Below, one piece after another: positions 9,173-18,828 of a stretch of 64,000 nucleotides of DNA (positions are counted from its first letter, which is position 1; each line of letters begins with the position of its first letter). The position numbers and the translations under genes are program-made. The notes beneath the pieces were generated by a model, which saw only the letters and a program-made list of their open reading frames with translations, did not search any database and was not told the origin of the DNA. The stretch lies in contig CAVUWA010000002.1 of NCBI GenBank assembly GCA_963744995.1, positions 224,001 through 288,000 of the forward strand, written 5' to 3'. Source of the DNA: Candidatus Eiseniibacteriota bacterium. GTDB lineage: Bacteria; Eisenbacteria; RBG-16-71-46.

Positions 9173-9371
9173 TCTCTTCCAGCTCAGGGAAACGGTGTTC
9201 CTGTTTCTTTGAGAACACGAGTTTCCCGTCAACGACGACCTCGAACTGCCCGCCGCGCCCCGGGTGGAGGACCGCGTCGATGCCGTGCGTCGCCTTCAGC
9301 TCAGCCGCCAGACTGGTGGCCTTGGGAAGATAGTTTCACTGAACGCAGTAGGTGATCTCGAGCTTCGACAT
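9156..9371 (-). CDS. SelT/SelW/SelH (Rdx) family selenoprotein, 71 aa, Sec encoded by UGA at 9336-9338
   Basis: GGAGG RBS. Reads MSKLEITYCVQ-U-NYLPKATSLAAELKATHGIDAVLHPGRGGQFEVVVDGKLVFSKKQEHRFPELEEITQHL*, with the CxxU motif and the GxFEV..DG.L.FSK...RFP Rdx signature. Confidence 0.9.
9304..9338 (-). promoter_or_regulatory. Putative bacterial SECIS element
   Basis: GCCACCA-GUC-UGGCGGC hairpin whose G-initiated loop starts 22 nt after the in-frame UGA. Confidence 0.65.
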
Positions 9372-9644
9372 GGGGCCTCCGGAAGAGGGGGAAGGTGCCG
9401 TGCAGCGACATGCGTAGCAGACCGTGGCGCATCGTCCAAACGTGCGCCACGTTTGCGTGCCTGATTGCGATTCTTTGGGATGCAGGATTCGGCGTCGCGT
9501 CGCAGGGCGATTGGCATTGAGGCGCGACGCCCGGGTGGGGCGGCGGGCTGCGCGGGCGCGGCCCGGCCTGCCCGCGTGACGCCGGGGCCGTGGCCCGGCC
9601 CGTGACTGGCGCCCCGTGCACAAACTCGGCATGCTGCCCGGCTC

Positions 9645-11060
9645 ATGTCGGATTTCACCCCGAATCAGGTCCCCGGCACCACGGCCCCGGCGGCGCTGCA
9701 GCGCCCGGCCCGGGACGACTTCGCCCGCCTGATCCGGCTGGCGATCCCGGTGGTGGTCGTGCAGGTCGGGATGATGCTCATGGGCGTCGTGGACGTGATC
9801 ATGGTCGGGCACTACTCGGCCGTGGATCTGGCGGCGACGGCGCTCGGAAACATCTTCGTGTTCGGGGTCGCCGGTTTTTCGCTGGGCGTGCTCATGGCGC
9901 TCGATCCACTGGTGTCGCAGGCGGTGGGTGCGAACGACCAGGTCGCGATCGCACGCACGGTGCAGCGCGGCATGCTGATCGCAGGAATCCTGTCGGTGCC
10001 GACGATGCTGATGCTGCTGGTCGTCGGCCCGCTGCTCGGCTGGCTCGATCAGCCGGCCGAAATCGTGCCGCTCGCGACGGGTTACCTGATGGTGAACGCG
10101 CCCGGCATTCCGGCGTTCCTGGCGTTCGTGGTGTTGCGCCAGAGCCTGCAGGCGATGGGAAGGCTGCGGCCGGTCGTGGTGACCATCGTGATCGCCAACC
10201 TGCTGAACGTCCTGCTCAACTGGATCTTCGTGTTCGGCCGCATGGGCGTGCCGACCCACGGCAGCTTCGGCGCCGGCCTCGCGACCACGATCTCGCGCTT
10301 CGCGCTGGTGCTGACGGCGCTGTGGCTCTCATGGGGCGTGTTCCGGCCGCTGCTCGTGCCGCGCCGCCGGCAGGCGTTCATGCGCGAGCCGCTGCTGCGC
10401 ACGATGCGCATCGGCCTGCCGATCGGCGGACAGCTGCTGCTCGAGATGGGCGCGTTCTCGATCATCGCGCTGCTGATGGGCCGGCTCGGCACGGTGCCGA
10501 TGGCCGCCCATCAGGTGGCGATCAACATCGCTTCGGCGGCGTTCATGGTGCCGGTCGGCGTGTCGAGCTCGGTGTCGGTGCTGGTCGGTCACGCGGTGGG
10601 GGCGGGCGATCCGCAGCGCGCGCGCCGCGCCGCGAGCGCCGGCCTCGTGACCGGCGCAGGCTTCATGCTGCTCAGCGCCTCGCTGTTCATCGGCGCCCCG
10701 GGGCTGCTCGCGCAACTGTACACGTCCGACGTCGCCGTGGCCGCCGTGGCGATGACCCTGATCCCCATCGCCGGCGTGTTCCAGGTGTTCGACGGGCTGC
10801 AGGTCGTTTCGATCGGCATCCTGCGCGGCGTGGGCGACACCCGGGCGCCGATGGTGATCAACGTCCTCGGTTTCTGGCTGCTCGGTTTCCCGGCGAGCCT
10901 CGTGCTGTGCTTCCGGCTCGGTCTCGGTGCGCAGGGCCTGTGGTGGGGGCTGGTGGTCGGGCTCCTCGCCGTGGCGCTGCTGCTGCTCGCGCGTGTGCGT
11001 GCGCGGCTGGGACGCGATCTTCGGCGCCTGATCGTGGAAGAAGAGCATGTGCACGCATGA
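9645..11060 (+). CDS. MATE family efflux transporter (NorM-like)
   Basis: RLAIPVV, VDVIMVGH, LDPLVSQAVGA, MAAHQVAIN, FQVFDGLQ, GILRGVGDTR and about 12 TM segments. Confidence 0.95.
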   Translation: MSDFTPNQVPGTTAPAALQRPARDDFARLIRLAIPVVVVQVGMMLMGVVDVIMVGHYSAVDLAATALGNIFVFGVAGFSLGVLMALDPLVSQAVGANDQVAIARTVQRGMLIAGILSVPTMLMLLVVGPLLGWLDQPAEIVPLATGYLMVNAPGIPAFLAFVVLRQSLQAMGRLRPVVVTIVIANLLNVLLNWIFVFGRMGVPTHGSFGAGLATTISRFALVLTALWLSWGVFRPLLVPRRRQAFMREPLLRTMRIGLPIGGQLLLEMGAFSIIALLMGRLGTVPMAAHQVAINIASAAFMVPVGVSSSVSVLVGHAVGAGDPQRARRAASAGLVTGAGFMLLSASLFIGAPGLLAQLYTSDVAVAAVAMTLIPIAGVFQVFDGLQVVSIGILRGVGDTRAPMVINVLGFWLLGFPASLVLCFRLGLGAQGLWWGLVVGLLAVALLLLARVRARLGRDLRRLIVEEEHVHA

Positions 11061-11211
11061 GCGTGAACTGCGGCGTCGCAAGTGCCGATGATTCCCGTGC
11101 GGGACGGCGGCGGGCGAACGGCCGCCGGCGTGCCGGACCGCCGCGTCCCGCGCCGGCGCACGGGCCGGCCGCTTTGACCCCGGACCCGAACACAGGCAAT
11201 TTCCAGATCTC

Positions 11212-12186
11212 ATGACACCCCGCGTGATCTCCCACGAAGAACGCCTGCGCAAGGCGCTCGGCAACGGACTCCTGACCCGCGAGCCGATGCGGCACCACAC
11301 CACCATCCGCATCGGCGGACCGGCGGACTTCTACTTCGCCGCGCGCACCCCGGATCAGATGGTGGTCGCGCTCACCACCGCGCACGAGCTCGGCATACCG
11401 GTCATGCTGATCGGCGGCGGCAGCAACCTGCTGGTCTCGGACGACGGCTTCCGCGGCCTCGTGCTCAGGAACGCCGCCGACCGGATCGAGTTCGACGGCA
11501 GCGCCGCGCACGTGGAGTGCGGGGCGGACTTCCTGGATCTGATCTATCAGTGCAGGGACCGCGGGCTCGCAGGGCTCGAATTCGCTGCGGGCATCCCGGG
11601 CTCGGTGGGCGGTGCGCTCTACGGCAATGCCGGCTGCTACGGGCAGGACATCGGCAGCGTGACGATCGAGGCCACGGTCTGCGATACGGACGGGTCGAAC
11701 GTCGTCACGCATCCGGCGGCCTGGTTCCAGTTCGAATACCGCGACTCGAGACTCAAGCGCGAGCCGAAGGTCCTGCTCTCCTGCATGCTGCAGTTCAAGC
11801 CCGGCGACACCACCGAGATCCAGAGAGTCATCGACGAGAAACTGGAGATCCGGCGCGTCAAGCATCCGCAGTGGCGCATCGAGCCCACCGCCGGCTCCTA
11901 CTTCATGAACCTGCCGCCCGACTGGCAGCGCGAGGGCGGCAAGCTCTCGCCCGGCACGCGTCGCGTCGCCGCCGGCCAGCTGCTCGACGAGGTCGGCTGC
12001 CGCGGGCTGCGCGTCGGCGACGCAATGGTGTTCGAGAAGCACGCCAACATCATCGTCAACGCCGGGCACGCCACTGCGCGCGACGTGCTAGAACTGGCCG
12101 GGATGATGAAATCGCGGGTGCGCGAAAGATTCGGCGTCGAGCTCCAGGAAGAGGTGATGTTCGTCGGGGAGCGGCCGAAGCTCTGA
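11212..12186 (+). CDS. murB: UDP-N-acetylenolpyruvoylglucosamine reductase
   Basis: HTTIRIGGPAD, GGGSNLLV, GLEFAAGIPGSVGGA..GNAG, AGSYFMN, KHANIIVN, LQEEV. Confidence 0.95.
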   Translation: MTPRVISHEERLRKALGNGLLTREPMRHHTTIRIGGPADFYFAARTPDQMVVALTTAHELGIPVMLIGGGSNLLVSDDGFRGLVLRNAADRIEFDGSAAHVECGADFLDLIYQCRDRGLAGLEFAAGIPGSVGGALYGNAGCYGQDIGSVTIEATVCDTDGSNVVTHPAAWFQFEYRDSRLKREPKVLLSCMLQFKPGDTTEIQRVIDEKLEIRRVKHPQWRIEPTAGSYFMNLPPDWQREGGKLSPGTRRVAAGQLLDEVGCRGLRVGDAMVFEKHANIIVNAGHATARDVLELAGMMKSRVRERFGVELQEEVMFVGERPKL

Positions 12187-12243
12187 CACCGGGCAGGCTC
12201 CCCGGATCGAACGGCCGGCGCTGCGGCCGTGCCGCCGGCGAAA

Positions 12244-12471
12244 CTACGCGCTTCCCGCTCCGCCGTTCCCGCTCCGGCGCCGCCGCGCGATCACGCTCAT
12301 GAGCAGGCTGCCGATCGACAGGCCGTAGAACAGCCCGCCGAGTCCGTCGGCGACGTCCACCGACAGCCCCATGCGGGCTCCGTAGTGCAGCGTCAGCGCG
12401 CCGAGCGCCAGCGCCGCCATGCCCACCTGCATGAGCAGCTTCGGATTCCTTGCCTGCGCGCGGAACAGCAT
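12244..12471 (-). CDS. Small 2-TM membrane protein
   Basis: GGAGG RBS, ATG 12471 MLFRAQ, two hydrophobic segments. Third gene of the XRE operon. Confidence 0.65.
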   Translation of the reverse strand: MLFRAQARNPKLLMQVGMAALALGALTLHYGARMGLSVDVADGLGGLFYGLSIGSLLMSVIARRRRSGNGGAGSA

Positions 12472-12485
12472 CGTGTCCTCCCGTT

Positions 12486-12695
12486 TCAGTCGGTGAAGTG
12501 ATACCAGGCCATGAGCGCGACCTTCACCACCGCCATCGTGACGCCGACCGCGAGCAGCTCCAGCCGCCAGACGTGGTCGGCGACGACGTGGTACATGAAC
12601 AGGCCCATGGCGACGAGACCGCCCGCTATCCCGGCGACGCTCGAGGAGCGCAGCCGGTGGGCGAGGAAGCGTTCGTCGATCTGCCGGAGCGGCAT
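12486..12695 (-). CDS. Small 2-TM membrane protein (DUF2178-like)
   Basis: MPLRQIDERFLAHRLRSSS followed by two TM helices, directly downstream of the XRE gene. Confidence 0.7.
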   Translation of the reverse strand: MPLRQIDERFLAHRLRSSSVAGIAGGLVAMGLFMYHVVADHVWRLELLAVGVTMAVVKVALMAWYHFTD

Positions 12696-12697
12696 GC

Positions 12698-12907
12698 TCA
12701 GCGTTTCCTTTCCAGCTGGAAGATACGGTCGGTCGGTTGCCTGAAGACGCGTGCGAACAGCAGCGCCAGCTCGAGGCTGGGCACGTAGCGGTTGCACTCG
12801 ATCGAATTGATGCTCTGACGCGAGACGCCGACGGCGTCGGCGAGCTCCTGCTGGGTCCAGCCCTTTTCGAGCCGCAGTTCGCGCACCCGACCACGGATCT
12901 TTCCCAT
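12698..12907 (-). CDS. XRE-family helix-turn-helix regulator
   Basis: WTQQELADAVGVSRQSINSIE..RYVPSLELA. Confidence 0.95.
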   Translation of the reverse strand: MGKIRGRVRELRLEKGWTQQELADAVGVSRQSINSIECNRYVPSLELALLFARVFRQPTDRIFQLERKR

Positions 12908-12958
12908 GACAAGCGAACTTTACATCGGGTCGCGGCCCCATGTCAAGCATGCTTGTCA
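12907..12958 (-). promoter_or_regulatory. Sigma70-type promoter overlapped by two palindromic XRE operators
   Basis: Minus strand TTGACA (12946-12941), 18-bp spacer, TAAAGT (12922-12917). Operators TGACAAG-cgaa-CTTTACA (12907-12924) and TGTCAAG-catg-CTTGTCA (12941-12958). Confidence 0.75.
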
Positions 12959-13063
12959 TGGGGAGGGCGCACGGATGCCGAGCTTTACTGCCAGGCGGTT
13001 CCGGAGCCAGATCGCCCGGAGGGATCGCGCCACGGAACGGGGATGGCCGCGCCGGACCCGGAG

Positions 13064-14185
13064 CTACCCTCCGATCGCGCTCATCCCCCGCTCCGGCTGC
13101 ACGAAGTACGGGCTGTTGATCAGGTGCCCGGGCTCCTTGCGCCAGACCGCGGCGCGCAGCAGATGGGCGATCTCTTCGTCGCCCGTGCCGGCGCGCATCG
13201 CTTTGCGGAAGTCGTACTCGCGGTGCGCGAACAGGCAGGTGCGGATCTGGCCGTCGGCAGTGAGGCGGATGCGGTCGCAGTGCCCGCAGAAGGGCTTCGT
13301 GACCGAAGCGATCACGCCGACCGTGCCGCCGCCGTCCTTATAGATGTAGCGTCGTGCGGGCGCGCTGGGATCGGTGTCGGTCGCGAGCTCGAGCGGGAAC
13401 TCGGCGCCGATCTGATCGAGGATCTCGTCGGCCGGCACCAGTTTCTCGCGCGACCAGGTGTGCTGGAAGTCGAGCGGCATCCACTCGATGAAGCGCACCT
13501 CGTAGCCGTTCTCGCGCCCCCAGCGTGCGAGCGGCACGGCTTCGTCTTCGTTGAAGCCGCGCATGAGCACGGCGTTGATCTTGATCGGGCGGAAGCCCAC
13601 GCGCCGCGCGGCCTCGAGCCCGGCGATGACCTCGTGGAACCGATCGCGGCGCGCGAGCTGGCGGAAGCGCTCCGGGGAAAGGGTGTCGAGGCTCACGTTC
13701 ACGCGCTTGAGCCCCGCGTCGCGCAGCGGGCCGGCCATCTGCACCAGCTTGAGCGCGTTGGTGGTGAGCGAGAGATCGAGACCCGGCTTCAGGGCGTTCA
13801 GCATCGCCACCAGCTTCGGCAGGTCGGCGCGCACGGTGGGCTCGCCGCCGGTGAGGCGGATGCCCTCGACGCCGAGGCCGATGCACACCCGCGCGAAGCG
13901 CGTGATCTCTTCGTAGGTGAGCAGGTGGTCCTTCGGCAGCCACGGCATGCCCTCGGCCGGCATGCAGTAGACGCAGCGCAGGTTGCAGCGGTCGGTGACC
14001 GAGATGCGCAGGTCGCGCACCGTGCGGCCCTGCGTGTCGATGAGCGGGCCCGTGGCGGGCGCGGTGCGGGCGGCGCCCACCGCGGGGCCGGCGATGCCGC
14101 CGAGCGGAACGTCGATACGCTGCGCCGCCGCGTGCGCGGCGCGGCGCGCGGCTTTCACGGGTTCTTTCGGGTCGAAGTCGCTCAT
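13064..14185 (-). CDS. moaA: GTP 3',8-cyclase (radical SAM, molybdenum cofactor synthesis)
   Basis: LRISVTDRCNLRCVYCM, RLTGGEP, FCGHCDRIRLTADG..RTCLF, MSAIGG C-terminus. Confidence 0.97.
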   Translation of the reverse strand: MSDFDPKEPVKAARRAAHAAAQRIDVPLGGIAGPAVGAARTAPATGPLIDTQGRTVRDLRISVTDRCNLRCVYCMPAEGMPWLPKDHLLTYEEITRFARVCIGLGVEGIRLTGGEPTVRADLPKLVAMLNALKPGLDLSLTTNALKLVQMAGPLRDAGLKRVNVSLDTLSPERFRQLARRDRFHEVIAGLEAARRVGFRPIKINAVLMRGFNEDEAVPLARWGRENGYEVRFIEWMPLDFQHTWSREKLVPADEILDQIGAEFPLELATDTDPSAPARRYIYKDGGGTVGVIASVTKPFCGHCDRIRLTADGQIRTCLFAHREYDFRKAMRAGTGDEEIAHLLRAAVWRKEPGHLINSPYFVQPERGMSAIGG

Positions 14186-14325
14186 GGTGGGGCTCCGGTG
14201 TCGGCCGGGTGAACCAGCATACGACCTGATCCCGATGCGTCCAACCGGGCGCGCCGCAGGATCCGTCCCGGGGCGGATCCCGCGGCGAACTCGACGGGCC
14301 TCGAAACCGGTTGTAGCGTGCGCGC

Positions 14326-16269
14326 GTGCCCGGACATGACCAGCATCGCCGCGCCCGCGGGAGCGGGAGGCCGCCCCAATCGGCTTCGGGGCAGGCGGGT
14401 GGGGGTCCCCGTGGCCGCCCCGGCTCGCCCGCGGAGACGGTCCCCACCGGCCGCGCTCCGGCGTGGTTCAGGGATCCGTGGCTCTGGCTCGCGCTGCTCG
14501 CGGTGCTTCCGCTGCTGCTCCACATGCGCGGCGCGCCGTGGGGCGTCCCGGTCGCGGACGACTTCGACTATCTCCACCGCGTCATCCTGTCGGGGAACCA
14601 CTCGCTGCTGGACGGCTGCGGCTCGATCTTCTACTGGCGGCCGCTCAGCCGGCAGCTGTACTTCGAGGTCTTCTGGCGCGCGATCATGGACCACGCCGCC
14701 TGGGTGGCGGGGCTGCACGCCGCACTGCTGGCGCTCGCGGCGGCGATCCTCTACCGCGCGCTGCGCGCGACGTGGTCGAGCGGGTGGGCGGCGTGGACCG
14801 CCGCGACGTTCGTCCTGTTCGCCGGCTCCACGCGCATGCTGATCGCCTGGCCGAGCAACTTCCAGGACCTCGCGGCGCTGCTGTTCGCCGTCATCGCGAT
14901 CCATGCCGCGGCGCACGGCAGACTCGCCCGCGCGCTGGTCGCGCTGCTGCTCTCGCTGCTGAGCAAGGAAGTCGGCGTGCTCGCGGCGCTGCTGCTGCCG
15001 TGGATGCCGCGCCGGGGCCGGACGGCGCTGCGCGAGCGCGTGCGCTGGGCGGCATGGACCGCGGGCCTCGTCGCGGCATGGGGCGTCGCCTATCTGCTGG
15101 TGAGCCGTGCGGCGCACCTCACGGTGCCGTCGCAGCTCGAGCAGAATCCGGCGGCGCTCGCGACGCCGCTGCCGGCGCGCCTCGGCTGGGCGCTCTGGCA
15201 GAGTGCGCGCTCGGCGTTCAGCCTGCCGGCGATCCGGGTGCCGGGCGAGCGCTGGATCTGGCTCACGCTCGCCGCGCTGTTGATCGCGGCGGCGGCGCTG
15301 ATCGCCGTGCGGCCCGCATCGCGCGCGCGCCTGCGGGCGCTCTCGGGGTGGCCGCTCTGGGGGTTCGCGTGGTTCGCGCTCGCCGGCGCCACGCTGCTGG
15401 CGATCTTCCCGACCTGGGCCGCCTACCGCGGTCTGTTCGCGGTCACCGGGCTCGGCATCGCGCTCGCGGCGCTGCTCGGCGCGGCGCACCCGGCGCTGCT
15501 CGCGGGGCTCGTCGTGCTCAGGCTCGCGGCGTTTGCGGCGAGCCCCGGGCCGCCACCCGCGGTCTCGAGCGCCGAGCTCGTCACCGGGGCGCAGATCGAC
15601 TACCCGAATCTCGTCCGGCTGCAGCGGCTGCTGGGCGAGACGCGCGAGTTGCTGCAGGGCGAGTTCCCGGTGCTGCCCGCGGGCGCTGCCGTCGTGCAGC
15701 ACCATCTGCCGCTCTCGAGTGACTGGGCATTCGTCGGCAGCAAGGCGCTCCAGTGCTGGTATCGCGACTCGACATTGCGCTGGGTGCGCTTCGCGGACTT
15801 CCACGAGGACACCGCGATGCGCGTCACGGCGATCGTCGAATACCAGCCGTCGAGCCCGCTGCAGGTCGCGCTGGTCGAGCCCGACGCCATGCGCGCGCTG
15901 TTCGCCGCCGAGAGCGCGATTCGCGGCGGGGACTGGCACGCGACCATGGCGGCGCTCGATCGAGCGGATTCGCTGCAGACGGATGCCGGCGCCGAAGTGT
16001 TCTACGGCACGGTCGCCGCGAAGAAAGCGCTCGCGTTCGTGGGACTCGGCGACGAGGCCGCGGCCCGGCGCGCGGCGCGGCGCGGCCTCGAGCGCTGGCC
16101 CGAGAATCCGGACTCACGCTACGTCCTGGCGCTTCTGATGGAGCGCGCGGGCCGGCTCGCCGCGGCCGAAGCGCAACTCGACACGCTGCTGGCTCAGCGT
16201 CCGGGTGACCGCGGCGCGCAGGCGCTGCGCGAGCGGATCCACGCGGCGCGTGCGGGGGCAGGGCCCTGA
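14326..16269 (+). CDS. Polytopic membrane protein with C-terminal TPR (GT-C/TMTC-like)
   Basis: ADDFDYL, YWRPLS, LLSKE motifs, many TM helices, TPR-like tail. Confidence 0.7.
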   Translation: MPGHDQHRRARGSGRPPQSASGQAGGGPRGRPGSPAETVPTGRAPAWFRDPWLWLALLAVLPLLLHMRGAPWGVPVADDFDYLHRVILSGNHSLLDGCGSIFYWRPLSRQLYFEVFWRAIMDHAAWVAGLHAALLALAAAILYRALRATWSSGWAAWTAATFVLFAGSTRMLIAWPSNFQDLAALLFAVIAIHAAAHGRLARALVALLLSLLSKEVGVLAALLLPWMPRRGRTALRERVRWAAWTAGLVAAWGVAYLLVSRAAHLTVPSQLEQNPAALATPLPARLGWALWQSARSAFSLPAIRVPGERWIWLTLAALLIAAAALIAVRPASRARLRALSGWPLWGFAWFALAGATLLAIFPTWAAYRGLFAVTGLGIALAALLGAAHPALLAGLVVLRLAAFAASPGPPPAVSSAELVTGAQIDYPNLVRLQRLLGETRELLQGEFPVLPAGAAVVQHHLPLSSDWAFVGSKALQCWYRDSTLRWVRFADFHEDTAMRVTAIVEYQPSSPLQVALVEPDAMRALFAAESAIRGGDWHATMAALDRADSLQTDAGAEVFYGTVAAKKALAFVGLGDEAAARRAARRGLERWPENPDSRYVLALLMERAGRLAAAEAQLDTLLAQRPGDRGAQALRERIHAARAGAGP

Positions 16270-16414
16270 AACACGACCCGGCGCCGAATGCAGGGCGCGG
16301 CGCCGGCCGCGGAGCGCTGGATCTCAAGCGCGGCGGGGCGGGCGCCGAAAACCGCAGCATGCGCCGCCGGCACGCCGCGGCGTGCCGCGACGTCACCTCC
16401 GCTCAGGAGCCCGC

Positions 16415-17497
16415 ATGAGAACCCGTGAGATCGATCCCATTCCGGCGCTGCTGGCCGCCCTCGTGCTGCTGGCCGCGCTTTCCGGCTGCGCGAGCAAGGT
16501 GCGCTCGACCGCGCCCGCCGCGCCGGCGGCGCGCAGCTACATGATGGGTTTCTCGCCGATCGGGCCGCGGCCGGACATCAACGACATCCTCGCCGCGATC
16601 CAGCTGTGGAGTTCGCGCGGCGACGCGGCGATCATCCATTCCGAGCCGCCGTGGGATTCGCTGCTCGCCGGCGTGCCACCGGAGACGCTGGTCACGCGCG
16701 ACCGCGTCGATCTCGTCGACTACCTGCGCGCGCTCGGCCACCGCATCGTGCTGATGGTGGACGCCACCAACGGCATCAACCGGGCCGGCGAGTCGCAGCC
16801 GCTCGCAGACGCGGGCCGCAGTCTCGCCGAACCCGAGGTGCAGCTCCTCTACCGGCGCTACTGCACGGTGCTCGACAGCCTGGTGAGGCCCGACTACCTG
16901 GGGCTCGCCGCCGAGACCAATCTGATCCGCGCCGCGGCGCCGCCTTCGCTCTATGCGGCCGTCGTGCAGGCGGCGAACGCTGCCGCCCGGGACGTGCGCG
17001 CGATCGACCCCGCCGTGAAGCTCTACGTGAGCGTGCAGGTGGAGACCGCGTGGGGGAAACTGCCACCCGGCCCCTATCAGGGTGCGGACCAGGACGTGAA
17101 CGACTTCCCGTTCATGCAGGCCATGGGGCTGTCGTCGTACCCGTACTTCGCGTTCACCGATCCCGACAGCATTCCGCTCGACTACTATGCACGCCTCGCC
17201 GAAGGCAACGGGCTCCCGCAGATGGTGGTCGAGGGCGGCTGGCCGTCGCGGAGCGTGGGGGCGTTCACCTCCACGCCGCAGCAGCAGGTGCGCTACATCG
17301 CGCGCCAGGCGCGGCTGCTCGATCAGGCGCAGGCGGTCGGCGTGTTCCAGCTCACGTTCACCGACCTCGATACCACCGCGTTGCCGCCCGGCACGATCCT
17401 GCCGCTGTTCTCCTACAACGGGCTCGTGGACGAGAACCTGAGTCCCAAGCCCGCGCTCGCGGACTGGGACGCCACCTTCGCGCGTCCCGGGCCGTAG
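16415..17497 (+). CDS. Putative lipoprotein, clan-A glycoside-hydrolase-like TIM barrel
   Basis: AGGAG RBS, LSGC lipobox, YLGLAAETN, GLSSYPY, VVEGGWPS, GLVD....PKPA. Confidence 0.65.
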   Translation: MRTREIDPIPALLAALVLLAALSGCASKVRSTAPAAPAARSYMMGFSPIGPRPDINDILAAIQLWSSRGDAAIIHSEPPWDSLLAGVPPETLVTRDRVDLVDYLRALGHRIVLMVDATNGINRAGESQPLADAGRSLAEPEVQLLYRRYCTVLDSLVRPDYLGLAAETNLIRAAAPPSLYAAVVQAANAAARDVRAIDPAVKLYVSVQVETAWGKLPPGPYQGADQDVNDFPFMQAMGLSSYPYFAFTDPDSIPLDYYARLAEGNGLPQMVVEGGWPSRSVGAFTSTPQQQVRYIARQARLLDQAQAVGVFQLTFTDLDTTALPPGTILPLFSYNGLVDENLSPKPALADWDATFARPGP

Positions 17498-17613
17498 CGA
17501 TCAGCTGATCCCGGCGGGCGCACGCCGGGTAGACGTGCCGCATGCGCGTCGCCGCGGCTCCGGCACGCCGCGATGCGCGGCCGCGCGGCAGCGGCGTTCG
17601 CTATACTGCACGC

Positions 17614-18783
17614 ATGAATCATCGCAGGAAGGCCGTGATCGCGGGCGCCGGTATCTTCGCCGCCGCTGCGATCGCCGCACTCTTCCTGTCGCCGTTCGGC
17701 GCGGCGCCGCGGCGGATCGCGGCGCGCGGCCTCGCGCGGCTCGGCGTCGTGCTTCCGTCCGGCGACGCGCCGGAGCGTCCGGCTCCGCCCACCCGCCTGC
17801 CCGCGCTGCCCGCGACCGGCTGGCACCACGGCGGGCCGCTCACCGCCGACTCGCTGCGCGGTTCGATCGTCGTGCTCGCGGTGTTCAGTGACACGCACCC
17901 CAGCGCCTTCGACGTGCTGCCGCAGCTCCAGACCTGGAGCGAGGCCTACGCACGCTTCGGCGTGAGGATCGTGGGGGTGCACGCGCCGGAGTTCGCATTC
18001 GCCACCGACCCCGCAGTGACCGCGCGGCTGGCCGCGCGGCTCGGGCTCACGTTCCCGATCGTCGAGGACCCGGCACTGGAAACGCTCGCTGCGCTCGGCA
18101 GCACCGGCGGCGAGGTGCTGCTGGCGCTCGCCGGGCCCGAAGGGCGGCTGCATGACGTGCGCGCGGCGCGGGATCCCGTGCGCGATCCGGCGGCCGTGGA
18201 GCGCGAGCTGCGCGGGCTGCTCGCGGCGCGTCATCCCGGGCTCTTTCCCGCCGACGGCGCGGCGGCGCCCGCGGATGCGCCCCCGCCGGCGCCGGTGCGC
18301 TCCGTGCGGCTGGGCTCGGTCGCGGTCGCCGCCGGGCCGCTGGCGGAGGTCACGCCCGGTCACACGCAGCCGTTCACGGCACAGTTCCGCTTCCAGATCG
18401 AAGGCGAGCCGTACGTGCCGTATCCGGTCGGCTGGTGGACGCCGCGACCGCAGGGACTCGAGGCGTACAAGGGCGGGGCGGCACAATTCGTCGCCATCCG
18501 CTATGATGCGGCCCGCGCCGGCGTGGTGGTTTCGCCACCCGGGGCGGCACCGTCGCGGCTCTGGATCCTGCGCGACGGCGAATGGTTGCCGAAGGGCGCC
18601 CTCGGCGCCGATGCGCGGCTCGATGCCCGCGGCGCGTCGTACGTCGAGGTGGACGCGCCGGGCTGGTACGACGTCGCGCACGGCGCGGGGGAGCACCTGC
18701 TCCAGCTGTCGCCCGGGGACGCGGGGCTCACGCTGTACGCGCTGACGTTCGGCCCGGGAGCGAAGCCCTCCGCGGCCCGTTGA
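17614..18783 (+). CDS. DipZ-like thioredoxin-fold protein lacking CxxC
   Basis: PLT.DSLRGSIVV...W.EAY..FG..IVGVHAPEFAF. HPSA stands where CxxC is expected. C-terminal GLTLYALTFG resembles the DipZ C-terminus. Confidence 0.75.
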   Translation: MNHRRKAVIAGAGIFAAAAIAALFLSPFGAAPRRIAARGLARLGVVLPSGDAPERPAPPTRLPALPATGWHHGGPLTADSLRGSIVVLAVFSDTHPSAFDVLPQLQTWSEAYARFGVRIVGVHAPEFAFATDPAVTARLAARLGLTFPIVEDPALETLAALGSTGGEVLLALAGPEGRLHDVRAARDPVRDPAAVERELRGLLAARHPGLFPADGAAAPADAPPPAPVRSVRLGSVAVAAGPLAEVTPGHTQPFTAQFRFQIEGEPYVPYPVGWWTPRPQGLEAYKGGAAQFVAIRYDAARAGVVVSPPGAAPSRLWILRDGEWLPKGALGADARLDARGASYVEVDAPGWYDVAHGAGEHLLQLSPGDAGLTLYALTFGPGAKPSAAR

Positions 18784-18828
18784 AAATCGCAAGACCGCGC
18801 CCGCCGGGCGCGGGTGAAGGGACGAACG

